From the IMG/VR virus record IMGVR_UViG_3300013285_000009, positions 76,984 through 117,351 of that record: a stretch of DNA of 40,368 nucleotides. One strand, given 5' to 3'. Position 1 is the first letter of the stretch; each line of letters starts with the position of its first letter. Origin of the DNA: a virus. Lineage: Duplodnaviria > Heunggongvirae > Uroviricota > Caudoviricetes. Below are positions 1-9,675 of the stretch, piece by piece. The position numbers and the translations under genes are program-made. Under the pieces are notes generated by a model, which was not told where the DNA came from, did no database searches, and saw only the letters and a program-made list of their open reading frames with translations.

Positions 1-507
1 GTAACCATCTAGTGTGATAAGTTGGTCAGTGATGCCGTTGTACTGCTTTACCTTGTCAGTAATCAGTTGCAGATAATCAGTGTCAGAGCTAATGATAAAA
101 TGTTCATCATCGGGATGCAAGTGAATGAACCTAGCAATCAAGTCATCGGCCTCCGCTTTTGGATCGCGCAGGACACTAGTATTTGTTTTCTCTTTAAGAA
201 AAGTAATCAGTGATTCGTATGTTTCCCAAAAGAGGGCGCTTTCTTCCTTCTCAGCCTCAGTGAGAGATTGCGTATCTACTACACGATTCTTTTTATAAGG
301 TTCGTAGAAGTCCTTGCGCCAGCTGCGACCTTCTGTTAGGAAAACCACGTGTAGGTCCGGTCCAAACTTTTTTACAATCTTGTTGACTGATGCAAAGACT
401 AGATGCAAAGCATATCCAACCTTCTCCCATGGTTCTGTTTGTTTAGCAGCCATGTGCCGCATGCGGAAGTAAAGATTTGCAGTATCGATTAGTGCGTATT
501 TTTTCAT
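1..507 (-). CDS. rnh: 5'-3' exonuclease / T4 RNase H-like flap endonuclease (5' part only, runs off window start; absent from ORF track)
   Basis: Hand translation from ATG at 507: MKKYALIDTANLYFRMRH...EGRSWRKDFYEPYKKNR...EADDLIA...SSDTDYLQL. These are the PIN/FEN acidic motifs, and the frame is open to base 1. Confidence 0.85.
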   Translation of the reverse strand, partial: MKKYALIDTANLYFRMRHMAAKQTEPWEKVGYALHLVFASVNKIVKKFGPDLHVVFLTEGRSWRKDFYEPYKKNRVVDTQSLTEAEKEESALFWETYESLITFLKEKTNTSVLRDPKAEADDLIARFIHLHPDDEHFIISSDTDYLQLITDKVKQYNGITDQLITLDGY

Positions 508-513
508 AGTTCT

Positions 514-542
514 ATTATAGTCTCATATTATGTTAAAGTCAA
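514..542 (-). promoter_or_regulatory. sigma70-type promoter for rnh (TTGACT-N17-TATAAT)
   Basis: -35 at 537-542, -10 at 514-519, 17-bp spacer; the -35 overlaps the TGA stop of the upstream helicase. Confidence 0.75.
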
Positions 543-2344
543 GCTTTATTTTTTCCGAATGTATATGTTGTCAAATAATCGCGTTGACGCTGGGTTTTTA
601 GCATATGCACATTGGGGCAAACAGTTGCATGATTAGAAGGATCATTGTTATAACGATTGCTATCAATGTGGTCCACTTGAAGAGTACTCTTCCAGTCTTC
701 GACAAAATCACCCAATGTACTAGTGTCATCGCCGTACTGTTCGATGTAACCCCTTATCGCTTGTTCAAAGCAAACACCCTTGCAAGCCTCGCAGTGATCT
801 TTGCGAAAAAGTTGATTTAGTTGACCATTATCAAATGCAAGGCGCAGACCAGACATTAACTTTTTTGGGTCCTTCTGACCGAATACACCCTTCAATATAT
901 AATCAATTCCGTCAATCATGTCGAAGGTGTCTGCTGTATAGAATTCTTCGACTAACTGCATCAATTCAGTATCTTGCGGTAAGATGGCAAATGATGTGGA
1001 CATCAATGAATAATAAGAACAAACCAATGACTTAACATCGTCCGATTCTTTCAATTTGCGAATGAAATCAATGCCTATTTCATGATCACGGAAGAAAGGT
1101 AAACGACAAGTACGTGCAACAAACTGAGTATAACTATTATGAATGACTTTTTGCGCCGGAACTTTACAAACAACTGCTGTAATCAATCGTGGAATATTAA
1201 TTCCCATCTTACCGGAATCAACTACTACCATCACCAGGGGCTTATTGAGATAAGCTGCACTGTTGGATAGCTTGATGCCATCACTCATACGTTTAATTGG
1301 TATGCCATCAAAATGCTTTTCCTTAGATGTAGAAACGAACAGTACACCATCGATACGTTTAACGAATGCAGTGATATCATTCATTGCTGATTCAAACGGA
1401 ATACCGTTAACTGCATTGTTGCGGCCGAGGCTAAGAATAATTCCAGGCATCATTTTGGGCATTTTGTCACCCATTGAATCCCATACGCTTTGCGGAATCA
1501 ATAGTTGTTGGTTGCGAACTTCACTGACCTGCCATGCAAAAGTCTTGTAAGCAGCATTGAGTGTTTCATTGAGATCCTCACGATTTCCGTGATAATCAAA
1601 GAAGGTGAATGCATTTGATTCTTTGAATTTTGGCATCACTGGCAATTGCATGTACTTGTCGGCACCAACTAATGTTTTCATGCGTTGACTTTGTGTAGGT
1701 GTTGCCGTCAAATGAATGACTACAGTACCTGCATTCATCAAGTTTTCTTGCATTTCAAACCACTTGGGTTCCCAATTGTGATTCGTAACACCTTGATCTT
1801 CTTTAGTAGTAGATGCGTCAGGAACACCCAAGCCACGATGTGCTTCATCATTGAAAATCAAATCAGGAAGCATCAATTCAAAATTATCAGGATGCTGTGG
1901 GTCGAAACTCTCATACAAGCCATACATGTATTGTGTGGTCATGAAAAAGTAACGGACATCACCTGGCAAATCAATATCATTTTCCAATGCATATTTCAAT
2001 TGCTTGCTGTCATACACTTTTACTAGATTCTTACCCATGTAAGTATTGTCATACTTCATCATACTTTCTAGTGGCTCGTCTACGCATTCTTGCGATGGTG
2101 CAGCAAAGAAAATATTTTTAATTTTTTTGAATTTCTGTGCAACAAGAATAGCAGTATAATTAGTGATGGTAAAACTCTTACCACTGCCAGTGGGTGCTTG
2201 TGCAACAATTGCTTTCTTCGACCAAGCTTTCAGTACTTTTTCAATTGCATCAACTATATTATCAACAAGGTATTCTTGCTGTAGTGATTCAATTTCAGGA
2301 ATGATGATTGATTCAATTGCGATAGCTATTGCTTGTTTTTTCAT
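539..2344 (-). CDS. SF2 (DEAH, Res-like) helicase fused to a C-terminal HNH endonuclease
   Basis: Motifs APTGSGKS (I), DEAH (II), TAT (III), SGKMGINIP (V), QFVARTCR (VI); C-terminal CEACKGVC...LQVDHIDSNRYNNDPSNHATVCPNVHMLKT. Confidence 0.85.
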   Translation of the reverse strand: MKKQAIAIAIESIIIPEIESLQQEYLVDNIVDAIEKVLKAWSKKAIVAQAPTGSGKSFTITNYTAILVAQKFKKIKNIFFAAPSQECVDEPLESMMKYDNTYMGKNLVKVYDSKQLKYALENDIDLPGDVRYFFMTTQYMYGLYESFDPQHPDNFELMLPDLIFNDEAHRGLGVPDASTTKEDQGVTNHNWEPKWFEMQENLMNAGTVVIHLTATPTQSQRMKTLVGADKYMQLPVMPKFKESNAFTFFDYHGNREDLNETLNAAYKTFAWQVSEVRNQQLLIPQSVWDSMGDKMPKMMPGIILSLGRNNAVNGIPFESAMNDITAFVKRIDGVLFVSTSKEKHFDGIPIKRMSDGIKLSNSAAYLNKPLVMVVVDSGKMGINIPRLITAVVCKVPAQKVIHNSYTQFVARTCRLPFFRDHEIGIDFIRKLKESDDVKSLVCSYYSLMSTSFAILPQDTELMQLVEEFYTADTFDMIDGIDYILKGVFGQKDPKKLMSGLRLAFDNGQLNQLFRKDHCEACKGVCFEQAIRGYIEQYGDDTSTLGDFVEDWKSTLQVDHIDSNRYNNDPSNHATVCPNVHMLKTQRQRDYLTTYTFGKNKA

Positions 2345-2376
2345 TTGAAATCCTATTTATTGCTGCTGAAGAGTCT

Positions 2377-2405
2377 ATTATACACCCGAAATGAATTAAT
2401 GTCAA
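2377..2405 (-). promoter_or_regulatory. consensus sigma70 early promoter (TTGACA-N17-TATAAT)
   Basis: TTGACATTAATTCATTTCGGGTGTATAAT followed by the leader CAGCAGCAATAAATAGGA; same family as the 16 kb cassettes. Confidence 0.9.
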
Positions 2406-2442
2406 CCTTTTTTATAAAATATCTATTTTGAAGTCTAGCATG

Positions 2443-2489
2443 AAAAAACCCTCTTTAGTTAATGAAGCTTCATTATACACTAAAGAGGG
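2443..2489 (-). terminator. intrinsic terminator downstream of clpP
   Basis: CCCTCTTTAGT/ACTAAAGAGGG stem with inner palindrome TAATGAAGCTTCATTA, followed by TTTTTT on the minus strand. Confidence 0.75.
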
Positions 2490-2511
2490 CAAATTTAAAA
2501 TTTATTTTATT

Positions 2512-3105
2512 TTAAGTATTTCGTTTTGTCAGAATCTTATCAGCAAGACCGTATTCAACTGATTTGACAGCGGACATGAAATTATCCCGTTCCATATCGG
2601 CGGCCAGATCATCAAAAGACTTTCCTGCACTATTATGATCAACGTAGATTTGGGTAAGAACCTTCTTCATTTCAAGAATTTCATTCACTTGGATCAACAT
2701 ATCAGTAGCTTGGCCACGGGCGCCACCTGATGGTTGATGAATCATATGACGTGCATTTGGCAGAATCATACGCTTACCCTTTGCCCCGGCTTGTGAAAGC
2801 AAAGAACCCATTGAGCAAGCCTGACCCATAACGATTGTTTGAACATCAGGACCAATGAACTGCATTGTGTCATAGATAGCCATACCTGCTGTAACTGAGC
2901 CACCGGGACTGTTAATGTACATACTGATATCTTTAGTGCTATCTTCTGATTCGAGGAAAAGCAATTGAGCGACAATAAGATTTGCCATTTGATCGTGAAC
3001 CTCTCCCTCAAGCAAAATTACCCGATCACGCATTAAGCGTGAATAGATATCATAGCTGCGTTCACCGCGGGCAGTGTGTTCGATTACGATTGGGACTAAA
3101 CTCAT
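2512..3105 (-). CDS. clpP: ATP-dependent Clp protease proteolytic subunit
   Basis: [41 protein letters not shown] (Ser), MIHQP (His), ERDNF (Asp). Start placed at ATG 3105 after an AAGGA RBS rather than at the track start. Confidence 0.97.
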   Translation of the reverse strand: MSLVPIVIEHTARGERSYDIYSRLMRDRVILLEGEVHDQMANLIVAQLLFLESEDSTKDISMYINSPGGSVTAGMAIYDTMQFIGPDVQTIVMGQACSMGSLLSQAGAKGKRMILPNARHMIHQPSGGARGQATDMLIQVNEILEMKKVLTQIYVDHNSAGKSFDDLAADMERDNFMSAVKSVEYGLADKILTKRNT

Positions 3106-3129
3106 TATAATATTCCTTGTAAAGATACT

Positions 3130-3158
3130 AGTATACAACAAGACAAAGAACATTGCAA
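3130..3158 (-). promoter_or_regulatory. sigma70-type promoter for clpP (TTGCAA-N17-TATACT)
   Basis: Near-consensus hexamers with 17-bp spacer upstream of the RBS. Confidence 0.6.
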
Positions 3159-3167
3159 GTGTTTTGG

Positions 3168-4703
3168 TTACCGTTTTCGTTTCTCTCGACCTACACCCGA
3201 TAGTTCGCCGGAGGCAGCAGGTTCTTTCTTAGCTCGGCGAGGATTAACGATATCTGCGGCTGATGCAGCAAATTCTTCTGCGCCTGCTGCTCCCTCTAAA
3301 CCGTCTACTGCCGGTTCACCAACCTCACTACTAACGCTATCATCAGTTCTACCTAGCTTAAAGCTAAATCCACCTGCTGTAGGATCAACCGCACTTGATT
3401 TGTTAACGACTGATATATGTCCGTCCAATTTTGCAGGCCATTGTGTAGAGAACATCATCTCACCGCCCTTGTAGTCAGCGTATTGCTGAATGAAGTTCAT
3501 TTCCAAAATCTGTAGAACTGCTTCTTTGAATTCAGGAATGCCTTCTCTTTCATTGACTGCGGCTGCTACTTCTTTCTTGATGGCGTAAACTAACTTACCG
3601 CCAGAGCTTGCATCACCTTTAGCAGCAATATCATCATATAGGACATCGAACTTTGGGGGAAGTGGTGTGTCGATTCGCTGCTTCTTATTGTCGATACTTT
3701 GCTTGGCTGCACCTTCAAGCTTGGGATTCTTTACTGCGAACGGTAAGAACTTGTGCCATTTCTTATCTAATGCTTTTGGATTTACTGCAAAGATCAAATC
3801 CATAACATCAAACGCTTGCGGAATAGTTCCCTTTGTTTGGCATAGATCAATGAAGGCAACTGCTGCTTCAAAGTTAGGATCCTTTCGAATATAGTCCGGA
3901 ACTTTCAGACCGGAGATTGCAGGGGCCGCACCACCGCCGGTGCCCTTACTAGAGATATTCAAGGTGTGACCTGTTTTAGCATTGCTAATAGTTGCGAAAC
4001 TATCGGCTAAGTTATTGTTTGCCTTAGCAGGAAAGTTCAACGTCAAGTCAGTAGTGTTGCCGCCCAACCATTGTTCGAATTCAGCCCGTTTAGGGAAACG
4101 ACTTCTATTGTAAACTAATGCTAATACACCTAAGTATTCACCTGCATAGTCAACAATCGCTTTAAGTACTTTGTTCTTGTCTGCTTTTTGATAGTCTTCC
4201 GGCAGCATGACATATTCACCTGCACGAATGTATTCAGCTAACTGAATAACAACTTTACCGTAGTCAGTACTGTTTAGTACAGGGTTACTAACGATAACGT
4301 CATACAGGTCGCTAGATGGAATATCTTTATCAGTGATACCGATACTTGAAGGTTTGACCAACAAACCTTCTTTACCCGCAGTACTAGCCTCTTGGCCTGC
4401 TGCAACTGCTGCGCCGCCTAATTCAGCAGTCTTTGCTAGTCTGCTTAGCGGAATCTCTTCACCGGTTGTCGTTCTAGCCTTTAATCCACCTTTGAATTGA
4501 TTGGCTGCATATAGCTCGGTGAAACGCTTGGCTTCGCGCGGGTCAATAAGTACCTCATCACCTTCGACTGTAGTAAAAGGTGAGCGCCCGGTGATCTTTT
4601 CGATGAATTTCTTGAAGCGCCATTCATATTTGATGATTTCGCCAGGACTTAACCCGACTGCTGCTTCTGATAGTGATTGTAGTAGGTTTAATATATTGCG
4701 CAT
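3168..4703 (-). CDS. hypothetical protein, 511 aa, probably late/virion-associated
   Basis: Long ORF; GATAAATA motif at 4711-4718 just upstream; N-terminal LSEA motif; basic C-terminal tail. Confidence 0.75.
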   Translation of the reverse strand: MRNILNLLQSLSEAAVGLSPGEIIKYEWRFKKFIEKITGRSPFTTVEGDEVLIDPREAKRFTELYAANQFKGGLKARTTTGEEIPLSRLAKTAELGGAAVAAGQEASTAGKEGLLVKPSSIGITDKDIPSSDLYDVIVSNPVLNSTDYGKVVIQLAEYIRAGEYVMLPEDYQKADKNKVLKAIVDYAGEYLGVLALVYNRSRFPKRAEFEQWLGGNTTDLTLNFPAKANNNLADSFATISNAKTGHTLNISSKGTGGGAAPAISGLKVPDYIRKDPNFEAAVAFIDLCQTKGTIPQAFDVMDLIFAVNPKALDKKWHKFLPFAVKNPKLEGAAKQSIDNKKQRIDTPLPPKFDVLYDDIAAKGDASSGGKLVYAIKKEVAAAVNEREGIPEFKEAVLQILEMNFIQQYADYKGGEMMFSTQWPAKLDGHISVVNKSSAVDPTAGGFSFKLGRTDDSVSSEVGEPAVDGLEGAAGAEEFAASAADIVNPRRAKKEPAASGELSGVGREKRKR

Positions 4704-4725
4704 AGTCTACTATTTATCTGCGATA

Positions 4726-5214
4726 CTATTTAAATAAATTTTGATGTATGAACCACTTGCGTTGTCTGTGCGCCACTTTAAGTGATATACCGTGTTCTGC
4801 TAGTTTACGCTTAAAGATAAAGAAAGACGGTCCGTGACTCATAATGCGGTCTTTATCGTTCTCAACTCGTTGATTGCTATAGATATCCCATTGATACTGA
4901 TGGCACATTTCGTGTGCGAGTATAGTAATAAGCCACTGTTTGCAGTACCACTTGTCCATAAGTTTGATAGTGCAATACGTGTTAGTATGCCCCACAAGCT
5001 CGGCGCCGCCAAAGCACATACCCCAATACTTTCGGCATCGACTTGCTAACTTAATATCAGGCATAGTCATTGCACCGTCAAATATTGTTGTATTAATCAA
5101 ATGATAGAGTGATACTACTTCAGGGAGTGTTGGGCGATATACGAGGCGGCGCTGCGATCCAATACTCGGCAAGGGTTCTTGCATCATTGTTATAAGATCG
5201 GCGTTGATCGTCAT
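4726..5214 (-). CDS. SprT-like zinc metalloprotease
   Basis: ILAHEMCHQYQW (HExxH) and MSHGPSF motifs; start uncertain (ATG 5214 preferred). Confidence 0.8.
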   Translation of the reverse strand: MTINADLITMMQEPLPSIGSQRRLVYRPTLPEVVSLYHLINTTIFDGAMTMPDIKLASRCRKYWGMCFGGAELVGHTNTYCTIKLMDKWYCKQWLITILAHEMCHQYQWDIYSNQRVENDKDRIMSHGPSFFIFKRKLAEHGISLKVAHRQRKWFIHQNLFK

Positions 5215-5292
5215 TAAGTATTTAGCAAATATAATCTCAAAAGCTATTCTGGATAGCCAAGTGATAAATATATGTAACAAAGGATATTAACC

Positions 5293-5481
5293 ATGTGGAA
5301 TTTTTTAAAGAGTCTTTTTACTAAGACAAACGCCCCTGTTGCACCCGTGCAAGCCCCTGCTGTTGAAGTAACAAGCGAAGTACCTGTTTCCGCCGTAGTC
5401 GAAACAACGGTTGAACCAAAGATAAAGAAGCCCCGAAAACCGCGAAAGCCGGCTGTAATCACCGCTACTACTGCTAAGTAA
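5293..5481 (+). CDS. small Pro/Lys-rich hypothetical protein
   Basis: AAGGA RBS, GATAAATA at 5263-5270, MWNFLKSLFTK N-terminus, KIKKPRKPRK. Confidence 0.7.
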   Translation: MWNFLKSLFTKTNAPVAPVQAPAVEVTSEVPVSAVVETTVEPKIKKPRKPRKPAVITATTAK

Positions 5482-5486
5482 TTTAA

Positions 5487-6185
5487 ATGACAATAAGTTT
5501 TGATGTTATTAGTGATTTACACCTAATAGATAGTCACCAGTTTGATTGGGAGTGCAAAGCAACCAGTCTATATTGCATAGTAGCAGGGAACATAAGTGAA
5601 GAACTTACTTTAGTACATCAAACTCTTTTGAATTTGTCTAGATTTTATCAAGGCGTATTCTATATTGCCGGCAATGCTGAATATCATAATAGAGACTCAA
5701 TCAGGACTCGAACTACAGAACTAACTGAGATATGCAGCGGAATACGTAATGTGGTATTCCTACATCAAAACGTAGTGATTCTAGACGGTGTGGCAGTAAT
5801 GGGTGCTCATGGTTGGTACGGTAATTCAGCCGACGAGGACCTGGTTACTGCTATAAGAATTGAGAACCAGCGCTATGAAGATATTACTTATATGGGAAGT
5901 ACTATAGAAAAGCTTCAGTTACACCTAGATGTTAAGAAGATTATCATGGTAACAAGCTCGGTCCCCGGTCGCGAACTATTCTTCGGCGAAGAACCGCGTG
6001 ACATTTTTACTCAAGTTTCACCCCAAGAAGCCTTGGTCTATGACACTGAATCTAAAGTAACGCATTGGATTTTCGGTAGCTACAATAAGGTAACGGACAT
6101 ATCAATTGATAATGTCCGTTATATTAACAATTCGTTTTACCATAGATCGCCCTATTGGGCAAAACGAATTGAGATTGAAATTTAG
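5487..6185 (+). CDS. calcineurin-like metallophosphoesterase fold protein with degenerate metal motifs
   Basis: ISDLH retained; GNISE, GNAEY, TSSVP and GSYN replace the canonical GDxxD, GNH, H and GHxH. Confidence 0.75.
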   Translation: MTISFDVISDLHLIDSHQFDWECKATSLYCIVAGNISEELTLVHQTLLNLSRFYQGVFYIAGNAEYHNRDSIRTRTTELTEICSGIRNVVFLHQNVVILDGVAVMGAHGWYGNSADEDLVTAIRIENQRYEDITYMGSTIEKLQLHLDVKKIIMVTSSVPGRELFFGEEPRDIFTQVSPQEALVYDTESKVTHWIFGSYNKVTDISIDNVRYINNSFYHRSPYWAKRIEIEI

Positions 6186-6493
6186 GCGTCTGATTCTACT
6201 TTAACTTGAAGAGGGTAACCCTGCGCTCTAGCAGAAATAGTTACCTCAATTCCTTTTTGCTCTGCGATTTCATATGGTAGAACTGCTACAACTGAACTTC
6301 CGTCGGTATGAATTTTATCCGTGATGTTAGATGCAGTGTCTTCGGTATAATTAAAATGTTCAATCAAACTGCTTACAACGAATTCCATGCTGGTCACATC
6401 ATCATTGATATAGATAATTCTAAATAATGGTGGTTCAGCAAGTGCTAAATTGGGTTTGATTTTAACTTTTGTGTCTGTGCCTGTGGTTGCCAT
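6182..6493 (-). CDS. clpS: ATP-dependent Clp protease adaptor ClpS
   Basis: EPPLFRIIYINDDVTSMEFVV...IHTDGSSVV...YEIAEQK...GYPLQVKVE. Confidence 0.92.
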   Translation of the reverse strand: MATTGTDTKVKIKPNLALAEPPLFRIIYINDDVTSMEFVVSSLIEHFNYTEDTASNITDKIHTDGSSVVAVLPYEIAEQKGIEVTISARAQGYPLQVKVESDA

Positions 6494-6510
6494 TTAATTT
6501 CCTATTTAAT

Positions 6511-6534
6511 AGTGTGCGACACGTGCCGCACACT
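6511..6534. other. hairpin between hsp20 and clpS (terminator or leader structure)
   Basis: AGTGTGCG/CGCACACT 8-bp stem; no clear U-tract. Confidence 0.4.
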
Positions 6535-6546
6535 TGATTGATTATA

Positions 6547-6999
6547 CTACTTTGTTTGAGAAATAGCAATCAGCTTGGGTTTACTTTCTTCAGGTACTTC
6601 ACGTTTTAAATGAATACCCAAGATTCCTAATTCCAAGTTTGCATTTTCTATCTCGACATGGTCAGCAAGTTTGAATTCTCTGCGGAAATCTCGTGTACTG
6701 ATACCTTTGTGCAAGAAAGAGGGTACGGGTGATTCGTCATCCAATTGAATTTGTTTACCTTCAACGATTAAGAAATTCTTCTCTTTAGTTATTGAAAGAT
6801 TATCTATTCCAAATCCCGCAACGGCAATACTAATCATGTACTCATCATCATTGATTTGCACAATGTCATATGGTGGATAATTGTTATTGGATTGTTGGGA
6901 ATGTACTCGTTGCAATTCGTCAAACATGGAATCAAAACCGATACCAAATTTGTGGAATTGTGGAATGTCAAGGGAACGAAGGGTTAGTGTTTTTGTCAT
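6547..6999 (-). CDS. small heat shock protein Hsp20/IbpA family
   Basis: IGFDSMFDEL, NYPPYDIV, AVAGF, LHKGISTRDFRREF, LELGILGIHL. Confidence 0.95.
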   Translation of the reverse strand: MTKTLTLRSLDIPQFHKFGIGFDSMFDELQRVHSQQSNNNYPPYDIVQINDDEYMISIAVAGFGIDNLSITKEKNFLIVEGKQIQLDDESPVPSFLHKGISTRDFRREFKLADHVEIENANLELGILGIHLKREVPEESKPKLIAISQTK

Positions 7000-7027
7000 A
7001 TTTTTCTCCTATTAAGCAAGATGACTT

Positions 7028-7068
7028 TGTTTGTAGACCCGACAATCGGCATCTACAAACATATTTAG
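7028..7068 (-). promoter_or_regulatory. late-type promoter CTAAATA plus leader hairpin of hsp20
   Basis: CTAAATA (7062-7068) then TGTTTGTAGA-TGCCGATTGTCGGG-TCTACAAACA hairpin (7028-7061), then AGGAG RBS. Confidence 0.6.
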
Positions 7069-7095
7069 TGTCATTACTTTGCGTAAAAAAATATA

Positions 7096-7881
7096 TTATT
7101 TTACAGTTGGAATCCAAGGCATATATCTTGCTGCTAGTGCATGATTGAGTCTGACGTATTCGGTATGGCTTGAGAGATATGAAGGAGAGATTTCTTTACC
7201 CGTGATAGCAGTTAGGGCTGCAAAGAATGCATCACGATTGTATAGAATATCATTAAATTTAATATAGTAAATCCGATCTTTCCATTTATCAGGGGCAGGA
7301 TCATCAGTGTACATCAAGTTAATCATATGATGGCGTAAAAACGCTTCGCCCGTCTTTGGTCTATTAATCAGGATATCAACTTCGCTAATTGTCAATTCTC
7401 TGATACTAGATAGTCCGGCTCTAAGATTTGGATTCGTTTTCGACTCTTCTATGTAATCTGCCCAATAATGACTTTTATGATCAATCTCTTTGTGCATCTT
7501 GTAAAAGTGATTAGCAGCAATTCTAGGTACATCTTCATGATCCATATTGATTATCACTCGTTTAAATGTCGGGTACTTTTCAAAAACTTTATCATAGTCA
7601 ACCGGTTTGTCAATAACTTCGATGGGTTCAGTTAAGATTAGTGGCAGAGTACATTCAGGATCGGTAAATTCAATATTGTGTAGTTGGTGATAATCATGTG
7701 TGGCCAACCACCCTTTGTAATTAGTATTTGATCTAAGATAGCTACGAATATATTCATGTGAATTACCGGATGCCGATAATCTAATATCTTCCGTTTGATC
7801 GGTTAGCAGGTGAAGTAATGAACTTGATACAAAACTATGTGAATTTCCCGGGACTGCACCGACAATATAAAGGTCTGTCAT
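7096..7881 (-). CDS. hypothetical protein, sulfotransferase-like P-loop fold (paralogue of 9676-10443)
   Basis: N-terminal LYIVGAVPGNSHSF and C-terminal IKFNDIL resemble sulfotransferase-family motifs; colinear with its paralogue. Confidence 0.6.
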   Translation of the reverse strand: MTDLYIVGAVPGNSHSFVSSSLLHLLTDQTEDIRLSASGNSHEYIRSYLRSNTNYKGWLATHDYHQLHNIEFTDPECTLPLILTEPIEVIDKPVDYDKVFEKYPTFKRVIINMDHEDVPRIAANHFYKMHKEIDHKSHYWADYIEESKTNPNLRAGLSSIRELTISEVDILINRPKTGEAFLRHHMINLMYTDDPAPDKWKDRIYYIKFNDILYNRDAFFAALTAITGKEISPSYLSSHTEYVRLNHALAARYMPWIPTVK

Positions 7882-7917
7882 TTTTAATTTATCTCCTATT
7901 AATATTTAGTAAGGTTC

Positions 7918-8922
7918 TTACATCGTAAAACTATAAGTGCAATCACTAACGGGTACGATACTCAACTCTATTCTATTTGAATTTTTAATGATATCAATCA
8001 GCGGTGAAGTAGGGCTGATGGATAGCCTGATCATGTTCTGTTCTTTTATGTTGCTATATAATGCAGTATTTGAATGATTGCTTGTGTTATAGAAGCTTGG
8101 CTTCCGACCGGTCATGGCATCCGGCGCCCAACAATTACTATAAGCAATTTGGTTGTTTATATCTCTAATTGCCAATTTGATTCTGACTTCCCGCTGTTCA
8201 ATGAATGCACTTCTAATCTGTGCAGTCCGGATCATGTCGTTAAACCGATATTTTGTGCTGCTGCCGTTACCTGCTATAGTAACAGTAGCCGGCGTATAGG
8301 TCATGAAACCATTACTGCCGTCTTCTAACAATGCCATCGCTTCTTTAAAAGATTCAATATAATTGCGATTCCATTTTAGTTCAAATGGAATAGCTATTAC
8401 CGCATTGCGCTGGGAGTCTAGTGCAAAATGATGCGGCTCTTGGGTTATATCGAATGCACGTCTAGGGTAATCATCAAGAACCTTGTGTAACACAACATCA
8501 CCTTGATGTCTATCCTGCAGGTATGTTTGATACTGTGCTTCATGTTGATCACCCTCAAGTACTACCGCAGATTTACTTTTAGCTAGAATTCTCTGTGCTA
8601 ACTTGCTACTGGCAACCCGCACATCTAATGTAACAGTAGTTGAACCTCTATTAGAGTCCTGATTTACTATAGTGAAATTCTCAACATAGCCTGCGCTGTA
8701 TGAGAGGATTTCATTCTTGACAAGGACATCATTGAATACTTCACGCTCACTCAGTACAAGAGAACCTACTTGGATCTCAATTGCTTTATTGAATGCATCA
8801 ATCTTTGCATCATTCAGGGTAGTGCCGGTGCCCGTGACACGGATTGGTACAGTAGTTTTCTGACCAATCCCGGCGCAGGCAGTTAGCATAACACAAGCTG
8901 CCAGAATTAGGGTACGCATCAC
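7918..8922 (-). CDS. lipoprotein (LPP20-like N-terminal domain)
   Basis: Signal peptide with lipobox LTAC; VTGTG...AKIDAFNKAIE pattern. Confidence 0.7.
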   Translation of the reverse strand: MMRTLILAACVMLTACAGIGQKTTVPIRVTGTGTTLNDAKIDAFNKAIEIQVGSLVLSEREVFNDVLVKNEILSYSAGYVENFTIVNQDSNRGSTTVTLDVRVASSKLAQRILAKSKSAVVLEGDQHEAQYQTYLQDRHQGDVVLHKVLDDYPRRAFDITQEPHHFALDSQRNAVIAIPFELKWNRNYIESFKEAMALLEDGSNGFMTYTPATVTIAGNGSSTKYRFNDMIRTAQIRSAFIEQREVRIKLAIRDINNQIAYSNCWAPDAMTGRKPSFYNTSNHSNTALYSNIKEQNMIRLSISPTSPLIDIIKNSNRIELSIVPVSDCTYSFTM

Positions 8923-9557
8923 TTGCTAAAGAGTTTGTTCAGATTTTGACTAGCCTTTTCACTAGTCTTGTCCCAACGAATCGTAACAGTAACTTCCTGT
9001 GCTCCGGACACTTCTTGCTTGATTGTCTTGAACCCACGCAAGATACCCGATGCATTTGAACGGATATTTTCAGTCAATTGATATGCAGTGTCATTGCTAT
9101 TTTCTCGCACGGAGAAGTTGGTATCTTTTTCGGCATCGGTATCCGACATTTCAACTGTTTCGCCGATGCTAGTTCGTGACTTCATCCGATCATTAGCTTT
9201 CTCCACATTCTTTGAAAGGGTAGTTGAAACTCGTGAGCTAGACACATCTTCTTGGATAAAGTGACGAACATTTGCTTTGGCTGAAAGCTCAGCCCGGATC
9301 AATGCAGTTCTACGGTTGTTATCTGAATTACCGTTTGTAGAAGCTGACGCAATGGCTTCAATTGAAACGATTTCACATGCTGATTTATTAATAGTGTACC
9401 AACTGCAATCAGTTTCAATCTTGATTGAGTTTTGTTTAAAACTCGTTGAAAGCTTCTGTGAACGAATGGCTTCAAATTCACCCTCGCCCTTTGTAGTTGA
9501 TGCGCAACCTGACAGAATTGCAGTCAGTGTGACTAGTGCAAATAGTTGACGGTTCAT
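8919..9557 (-). CDS. lipoprotein (LPP20-like)
   Basis: True start MNRQLFALVTLTAILSGC (lipobox LSGC) at 9557; ALIRAELSAKANV and GILRGFKTIKQE. Confidence 0.75.
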   Translation of the reverse strand: MNRQLFALVTLTAILSGCASTTKGEGEFEAIRSQKLSTSFKQNSIKIETDCSWYTINKSACEIVSIEAIASASTNGNSDNNRRTALIRAELSAKANVRHFIQEDVSSSRVSTTLSKNVEKANDRMKSRTSIGETVEMSDTDAEKDTNFSVRENSNDTAYQLTENIRSNASGILRGFKTIKQEVSGAQEVTVTIRWDKTSEKASQNLNKLFSK

Positions 9558-9588
9558 GATAAGGCTCTCGTTTGTTGTTAATACGTAT

Positions 9589-9617
9589 ATTATATCACCA
9601 AAATGATTTAAAGTCAA
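9589..9617 (-). promoter_or_regulatory. sigma70 early promoter (TTGACT-N17-TATAAT) for the lipoprotein pair
   Basis: TTGACTTTAAATCATTTTGGTGATATAAT, same family as the 16 kb cassettes. Confidence 0.85.
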
Positions 9618-9634
9618 CCGGTTTTGGGCGCCCA

Positions 9635-9664
9635 TGGAAATAGGGTCCGAAGACCCTATTTCCA
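9635..9664 (-). terminator. 13-bp hairpin with C(UUCG)G loop after 9676-10443, probable terminator
   Basis: TGGAAATAGGGTC-TTCG-GACCCTATTTCCA; U-tract not evident. Confidence 0.55.
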
Positions 9665-9675
9665 ATATTATAAAC

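Noticed and set aside
22-2348. Plus-strand ORFs opposite rnh and the helicase, and similar shadow ORFs across the window
   Set aside because: They are antisense to well-supported genes and have no RBS or recognisable motifs
2512-3105. ClpP as a phage prohead protease
   Set aside because: It closely matches cellular ClpP throughout, has a sigma70 promoter and no adjacent capsid or portal genes
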